From Candidatus Hydrogenedentota bacterium (GTDB taxonomy: Bacteria > Hydrogenedentota > Hydrogenedentia > Hydrogenedentales > JAEUWI01), in NCBI GenBank assembly GCA_034669905.1, contig JAXMOL010000064.1, forward strand, positions 1-40,504: a stretch of DNA of 40,504 bases, read 5' to 3'. The notes under the pieces are model-generated. The model was not told the DNA's origin. It did not search any database and saw only the letters and a program-made list of their open reading frames with translations. Below, piece after piece: positions 37,474 to 40,504 of this stretch (position 1 is the stretch's first letter; each line of letters opens with the position of its first letter). Position numbers and translations under genes: made by a program.

Positions 37474-38757
37474 GTGAAGTCCCTGTATCTATCTCTCGTA
37501 TGTTTCCTGCTCGCTCCCCTCACCGTGCAGGCTGCCGCCCCCAACGTGGTGCTCCTCTCCGTCGATACCCTGCGCGCCGATAGACTCGGTGCCTATGGCT
37601 ACCCCCTGGAGACCAGCCCCCACCTCGACGCCTTCGCCGAAGAAGCCCTCCTCTTTGAAGACGTGGTCTGCGAAATCCCCCTGACCAACCCTTCCTTCGG
37701 CGCCATGCTCAGCGCACGATTCCCCCGGATGACCGGCACCACGCGCAATGGCCTCCGCATGCCCGAATCCGTACCCCTCGTGGCCGAACAGTTCAAGGAC
37801 GCGGGCTATTACACCTTCTGCGTCCAGAGTAACTGGACCCTGAAAGACAAGCTGAGCGGGCTGGGACGGGGCTTCGACGATTACGACGACAACTTCCACA
37901 AGAAGCGTTGGGGCTTCATGAAGGCTGAGCGCGATGGCGACGAAGTGACCCGTCTCGCCCTGGACTTCCTGGAAAATCGGGAAGCAGACAAACCCTTCTT
38001 CGCCTGGATTCACTACTCCGACCCCCACGCGCCCTACAAGATGCACCGCAAGTTCAATCCCTCGGGGAAACGGGCCTGGCGCCTCGACAATGTGGAAAAG
38101 GTGCGGGCCAAGTATGACTCGGAAGTGGCCTTTACCGACAATGAGATCAGCCACATCCTCGCGGCACTCCCGCCCAATACCCACGTGCTCTTTGTGGGGG
38201 ATCACGGCGAGAGCCTCTACGAACACGACTACCTGGGCCACGGGCGACGTATCCACCAGACCAATATGCACATCCCAATGATGATCCGCGGCGATGGCGT
38301 CACCCCGGGACGGAGCCAGGCCCCCGCACGGGGCATCGATGTAGGCCCCACCCTGCTGGGCCTGGCGGGCTTGCCCAAACCCCAGGGCATGGTGGGCCTC
38401 GACCTGCTGAATGACCCCATTCCGGAGAAGCGCGTGCGGGTTATCGAAACCTATGGCGGTGCCGTGCCCAACGTGCCCGGTGTGAAAGATGCCATGGCCG
38501 ACGCAGGCCCCATGCGCCAGGGTGTCCTGCTGGAAGGCTGGAAACTTATCCTCAATGGCGACAAGCGCGCCCTCTTTTACCTGCCCGAAGATCCCGGTGA
38601 GTTGTCCGATCAGGCCGCCAAGGACCCCGCGCGGGTGAAATCCCTTTCCCAACACATCACCGATTGGGTCACGGCCACACCCCAGGGGACCCAGGGCACG
38701 GAAAACCTGGACGCGGACGACTGGAAAGCCTTGGAATCGCTGGGCTATCTGGAGTAA
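37474..38757 (+). CDS. Secreted sulfatase-like hydrolase/transferase (alkaline phosphatase superfamily, Thr in place of Cys/FGly)
   Basis: PNVVLLSVDTLRADRL, PLTNPSF, WIHYSDPHAPY, GDHGE, LESLGY. Confidence 0.85.
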   Translation: MKSLYLSLVCFLLAPLTVQAAAPNVVLLSVDTLRADRLGAYGYPLETSPHLDAFAEEALLFEDVVCEIPLTNPSFGAMLSARFPRMTGTTRNGLRMPESVPLVAEQFKDAGYYTFCVQSNWTLKDKLSGLGRGFDDYDDNFHKKRWGFMKAERDGDEVTRLALDFLENREADKPFFAWIHYSDPHAPYKMHRKFNPSGKRAWRLDNVEKVRAKYDSEVAFTDNEISHILAALPPNTHVLFVGDHGESLYEHDYLGHGRRIHQTNMHIPMMIRGDGVTPGRSQAPARGIDVGPTLLGLAGLPKPQGMVGLDLLNDPIPEKRVRVIETYGGAVPNVPGVKDAMADAGPMRQGVLLEGWKLILNGDKRALFYLPEDPGELSDQAAKDPARVKSLSQHITDWVTATPQGTQGTENLDADDWKALESLGYLE

Positions 38758-38988
38758 GGGGCTTCCGCAGGCGGGGGTAGCTTTCCCGGATTACGGCCCT
38801 CCCAAAGGGGCCAGCTTTACCTACCGGGCGGTAGTTTTGCCCCCTGTTTCGACGCTTTTTTACCGCCTCAGGTTTCATTTTACCCCTCAATTGTGACACA
38901 ATATGCCGAACCTGCCCCCCTTCCCATGGCGATCCACACCCGGTGGCGACATGATCTCGAAGGGGTAACCCGGTTGGAGATAAACCTG

Positions 38989-39969
38989 ATGATTCATGCC
39001 CGTATTACCGGCACAGGGCACTATCTGCCCGAACGTATCGTGACCAATGATGACCTGGCAAAATTTGTCGACACCAACGACGAATGGATCCGGCAGCGCT
39101 CGGGCATCGAGCAGCGCCACTTTGCCGACCCCTCGGAAGCCGTTTCCGATATGGGCACCAAAGCCGCCGAAAAGGCCATCGCAGACGCGGGCATCCGCCC
39201 CGAAGAAATCGACTACGTCATCTGCGCCTGTCTTACGCCCGACTTCCTCATGCCCTCCAGTGCCTGCGTCATTCAGCACAACCTGGGGGCCTGCAACGCC
39301 GGTGCCAGTGACCTGAATGCCGCCTGCTCCGGATTCGTCTATGGCCTCCAGCATGCCGACGCCCTCATCCGGGCGGGCGTCCACAAGACCATCTTGCTCG
39401 TGGGCGGCGAAAAGCTTTCCGACCACCTGCTCTGGCACAAACGCGACACGGCCGTCCTCTTTGGCGATGGCGCCGGTGCCGCGGTTATCCAGGCCGCCGA
39501 AGGGGAACACGGCATTATTTCGACCTACACCCGCTCCGACGGCAGTGCCGCGGACATCCTCTCCATTCCCTCGGGCGGTTCGCGACAGCCCATCACGAAA
39601 GAAAACATCAACGATATCGAGCTCGGTGTCAGCATGAACGGTCAGGCCCTCTACAAGCGGGCCATCGGTGCCTTCGGCGAAGCCATTGAAGTGGCCCTCG
39701 AGCAAACGGGCCTGAAGGTAGAAGACATCGACCTCTTCATTCCCCACCAGGCCAACAAGCGCATTATCGATTCGGCCGCCAAGCGCGTGGGCCTCACCGA
39801 AGATAAAATCTATCTCAACGTGATGAAAGTCGCCAACACCAGTGCCGCCTCCATCCCCGTCGCCATCGACCAGGCACGGGCCGAAGGACGCATCGTAGAA
39901 GGCAGCACCATTCTCCTCGCCGCCTTCGGAGGGGGCCTCACCTGGGCTTCCGCCATGATCCGCTGGTAA
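38989..39969 (+). CDS. fabH: Beta-ketoacyl-ACP synthase III
   Basis: NAACSGF, LFGDGAGA, IPHQAN, NTSAAS, FGGGLTW. GGAGA RBS before ATG 38989. Confidence 0.95.
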   Translation: MIHARITGTGHYLPERIVTNDDLAKFVDTNDEWIRQRSGIEQRHFADPSEAVSDMGTKAAEKAIADAGIRPEEIDYVICACLTPDFLMPSSACVIQHNLGACNAGASDLNAACSGFVYGLQHADALIRAGVHKTILLVGGEKLSDHLLWHKRDTAVLFGDGAGAAVIQAAEGEHGIISTYTRSDGSAADILSIPSGGSRQPITKENINDIELGVSMNGQALYKRAIGAFGEAIEVALEQTGLKVEDIDLFIPHQANKRIIDSAAKRVGLTEDKIYLNVMKVANTSAASIPVAIDQARAEGRIVEGSTILLAAFGGGLTWASAMIRW

Positions 39970-39993
39970 ACCACGCCACGCTCTGAACACCCC

Positions 39994-40037
39994 ACGCCGT
40001 GTAGAATCCCCCCGGATTCCACACGGCGTTTCTTGTT
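39994..40037 (+). terminator. Intrinsic terminator after fabH
   Basis: ACGCCGTGT-A-GAATCC / GGATTC-C-ACACGGCGT stem followed by TTCTTGTT. Confidence 0.65.
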
Positions 40038-40038
40038 C

Positions 40039-40504
40039 GGGGAATGCCTCGACGTAGTAACCCACGCCGTAGCCAAAAAATTCACATGGGCGAAAAAGAA
40101 AACCCTGAGCACCCACAACCACGAAGCCAGTCGAGGCTGTCCCCCTCTTCAAAAGCCTCGTCACGGGTGCCACCTGCCCCAAGCAACTCCGGTTGTGCCG
40201 CAGGTTCGCCGGAGGAGAATTCACTCACTCGGAGCGCGGTCTGGGGGCGGGGGACGGCCCCGACTATCCCGTGTCCCCGCTTACTGAAGTCCCCATTTCC
40301 GCCCACACGGCAGACATAACTCATCGCGTTCATAACGTCGGTGCAGTCCCCGGGGACTGCCTCGACGTAGTAACCTACGCTGTAGCAAAAAATTCACATG
40401 GGCGAAAAAGAAAACCCTGAGCACCCACAACCACGAAGCCAGTCGAGGCTGTCCCCCTCTTCAAAAGCCTCGTCAAGGGTGCCACCCGCCCCAAGCGACT
40501 CCGG
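40039..40504. repeat. REP-like cluster (6 motifs) with a ~313-bp-period direct repeat running off the window edge
   Basis: Motifs at 40039, 40130, 40250, 40337, 40352, 40442. 40039-40192 is near-identical to 40352-40504. Confidence 0.9.

Overview
GC-rich bacterial chromosomal window. The gene repertoire suggests Ca. Hydrogenedentota or a Planctomycetota-like organism (inference only): several sulfatases, a DUF1592/DUF1552 pair, Tat-exported Gfo/Idh/MocA and TIM-barrel enzymes, a membrane-anchored ECF sigma factor and a BACON surface protein. Bases 1-~2483 are visibly AT-richer and read as the right end of a genomic island. This part holds an HNH endonuclease, an orphan ORF, a frameshifted Type ISP restriction-modification relic, TTTGTGCCA arm-like repeats and the displaced 3' half of an elongator tRNA-Met(CAT) gene as att site. 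The remainder looks like core or semi-core genome: an atypical membrane Ser/Thr kinase coupled to a secreted ELWxxDGT beta-propeller, ArsR, sulfatases, a GNAT, a 1278-aa Gly-rich/BACON/FN3 surface protein, trhO, msrA, ferredoxin, family-4 UDG, a HAMP kinase plus sigma-54 regulator, a DUF1592-propeller-sulfatase-DUF1552 cluster opposite an alginate-export-type porin, an orphan Phd antitoxin, an ECF fusion and fabH. About 20 copies of a 15-bp REP-like motif (GGGGAC[T/A/G]GC[A/C][C/T]CGAC) occupy five intergenic spaces as palindromes, inverted doublets and tandem arrays. Family calls come from motif recognition by eye; no searches were run.
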